Below are positions 61,456 to 64,000 of a DNA stretch of 64,000 nt, piece by piece. How positions within the stretch are numbered: position 1 is the stretch's first letter; each line of letters starts with the position of its first letter. Where the stretch lies: positions 438,679-502,678 of the forward strand of contig BDGG01000003.1 in the NCBI GenBank assembly GCA_001949185.1. Direction: 5' to 3'. Source of the DNA: Ramazzottius varieornatus (Eukaryota > Animalia > Tardigrada). A program made the position numbers and the translations under genes. The notes under the pieces are model-generated. The model ran no database searches, was not told the DNA's origin, and worked only from the letters and a program-made list of their open reading frames with translations.

Positions 61456-63550
61456 ATGGACGAGGAAGAAACGCTAACATACGAAGAGGAAATTGACGAT
61501 GGGGAGATCTTCGATGACGCTCCTGTACCCTCGTCAACCATCCCTGTTCCAGCCATCAACCCCAGTGACTGGCGACATCTTCTCACCTTGTTTCTTCTTG
61601 TGACATCGCTACTCTTCGGTAGGCCATTCCTTCCTGAAGTACACGCAAGACGAGAAATTATGGTACAGTTATAAATTATGGCAAGGACGGCAAAATGGGA
61701 ATTCGACCGTAGAAAAGTGTCGAAAACTGTATTACTGTGAAGCGGTCGAGTACGTACGTGCTTCCGTGCCGTCGTTACGAAAAGGCCTGTACCATAATTG
61801 TTACTGGCCCCATGATTTCTCGTCCTGCGTGTGCAGACTTTCATGTGAAGCACATACCCATCTGTGAATTTGAGTATGGTTTTTCCTGTTTAGTTTTGAG
61901 CCAGTTCGGGTTGAGCGACTCGTTGCTTCTTCGCCGCGGAGGAAGTCCCGTCACACCTACCGTCATACCCACAAGAGCAGCAGTCAGTGATGTGGCGGCC
62001 AGTATCCTCGACCATCTCAACATCTCGTTCAAGCTGCCTGCAGTGCTTTCCGCCTCGCAATTGCACGACCTGCAGACCGCCATTGTCCAGTTTATCGAAG
62101 AGCATGTCCGACAAGATTCTTCCACGTGGAAAATGCAGCATGACAACTTGCTAGCTCACCAGGCCGAGCTGAACGAATTTCGAAGAAGCTACCAAGCTAT
62201 TGCTAAAACGCTGCAATCACTGAAGAACCGATACGAAAACGACCTCAAAGAAAAAGACCAGTAAATCTCATTCGTCTTTCTAGTTTATTCGGATCGTATT
62301 TGGCTGTTGTTCGCTCTGCAGCGTGCGTGCTTTTCAGAATCATCAAGGCCGAAAGGGACAAGTACGCCATCGCAAGTGGCTCGAATAACGAAGAGCTGCA
62401 GCGAATTCGGACGACAAACAACGACCTTCTCCAATTCGTACAGACACGGAAACGCAGCGAAGAGTTCCTGAATGAGACCATCTGGCAGGAAGTCTTCCGC
62501 TTATTCGACGAGATGGCAAGCCCGCAGCCGTTGATCGAACGCGCCCAAACCTTCCGCATGTGGCTACTCAACACGTTCGTTCTGTCGGGCGACCTCCATG
62601 CCGAGATGAACCACTGGCACAAAAACCTCCGCACCGAACTCGAAAAGGTAAGTGTTTCTGTAAATATCACATTACAACTGTACCGCTTCGCCAAACTCGA
62701 GCTTCGCAAGAAGCTTCGGCTATGCTCTTTCGTGTCATCTCAGTGATACTGTAGTCGCAAGAAAACGAACAGGCGTATCTCACATTTGTCTACAGTTTTT
62801 CCCCTCGTCTGTATTGTTCTAGTCCGTCTTTTTAGATTGTGCTGAATGGGATTACAGCGGCCAGAGCCAAGCAAATCGCCCTGGATGCTTACGAGAAGTT
62901 CCTGGCAGACCAAACGGGCCTCTTTGACTACGCTTTGAAGGCAGCCGGTGGATCGCTTGAATCCATCCGAGACACGACACCGGCCCAAGTCCCACGGGTC
63001 GTTACCAACATCTTTGGGGTCTCCGCCGAAGTACTGCTTCCTCTATCGCCGGACATGGTCATCACACCGGGCTTCCTACCTGGACAGTGTTGGCCTTTCT
63101 TGAACTTCCCTGGCAGCATCGTCATCAAGCTGGCGGCACCAGTCCGTGTGACGTCTTTCGCTATGGATTATATGCCGAGGAGGATGTCACCGACCGGACG
63201 ACTCTTACCGGCACCCAAAATCTTCGAAGTTTACGTAAGCAGCCACAAACTAGACAGGGTGAAAAGAAGAATGTCTAACATACTGTTCGTCGTTTTCGTA
63301 GGGTTTGAACTCGGTATGGGACACGGAGCCTTTTCACTTCGGAGTGTACGAGTATGAAGCCAACCACGGTGACCACATCCAGCTGTTTTCTGTTCAATTT
63401 CACCCACCTGATCTTCGGCAAACATTCAGTCATGTCGAGCTGAAGATCCTGAGTAACCATGGAAGTTTACTGTATACTTCCGTGTGTCGGTTTCGTGTTC
63501 ATGGGAATGTAACGGACGATCCAGTCCAGTGTCCGCTGCTTGATAGATGA
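61456..63550 (+). CDS. SUN-domain (LINC complex) protein with a short N-terminus
   Basis: Acidic N-terminus, single TM (LLTLFLLVTSLLF), coiled coil, and SUN domain DYALKAAGG..PGQCWPF..PAPKIFEVYG..ELKILSNHG..RFRVHG. Confidence 0.9.
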
Positions 63551-63697
63551 ATCTATATTTTTTTCTCGAAACTTTCTTTGGTTTTGATTTTATGCTAGAA
63601 ATATTCCTCACCACGTAGTTCACAATCAGAGTTCGAAAATTGTGTCGATTGGAAGTGCCGACCCCCCTTTATTGCAAGTGAGATAAGGCAAAGAAGC

Positions 63698-64000
63698 ATG
63701 GTTTCGAACTCAGACTCTGAGAGTTCGTTTCCTCAAGCTACCGCAATGTACGCGGATGACAAGGATATTTTTGGCCTCCTGACGGTGAGGTAACTAAACA
63801 CCTGAATCACACTTCCCACATCGTTCATTGACATGGTGTGGGTGAGGAGAACCTATTCGACTGAACGGGGTTTTTTAGGGCGCTCTCAAGGATGTGGTGG
63901 CTTTCCGGCCTGACGATCCTCTCCTCTATCTCATCCAGTACTTCCGTCGAAACTGCCAGCCAGCTCTGCGAGCATGTGTCATTGGGCCATCGCTCAGTGG
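63698..64000 (+). CDS. AK8: Adenylate kinase 8-like, 5' part (exons 63698-63784 and 63879 to window end)
   Basis: MYADDKDIFGLLT|GALKDVVAFRPDDPLLYLIQYF (docking/dimerisation domain) followed by ACVIGPSLSG (start of a P-loop), the architecture of AK8. Not in the ORF track. Confidence 0.75.

Noticed and set aside
33947-63550. L3MBTL, E(z) and SUN as a functional chromatin gene cluster
   Set aside because: Separated by unrelated genes and TEs; proximity alone is not evidence without conserved synteny.

Overview
Eukaryotic genomic DNA from a compact invertebrate genome with short GT-AG introns and two ~50-N scaffold gaps (23014-23062, 52904-52953). Gene content and intron size suggest an ecdysozoan, possibly a tardigrade (inference only). 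Spliced genes, in order: Rab11-like GTPase (-), DNA polymerase kappa (+), M13 neprilysin (+), a frameshifted secreted Thr-rich peptide and a Lys/Gly/Ser-rich disordered protein (+), DJ-1 (-), RPGRIP1L/MKS5 (-), PLRG1 (-), L(3)mbt-like (+), a TE-split GPCR pseudogene (+), a BTB-BACK protein (-), calcipressin/RCAN (-), an E(z)-family SET protein with an unusual C-terminal extension (+), a SUN-domain protein (+), and the 5' end of adenylate kinase 8 (+). Intergenic DNA holds many non-autonomous DNA transposons (hAT-type with 8-bp TSDs, piggyBac-type, TA-flanked), a decayed pogo DD35D element and a decayed 28S rRNA fragment. The main unexplained signals are two families of ~49-bp fixed-spacing inverted motif pairs (mostly intronic), a hidden very basic protein, and the extended E(z). 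All assignments come from manual reading and recalled family motifs; no database search was run, and exon boundaries were inferred by eye.
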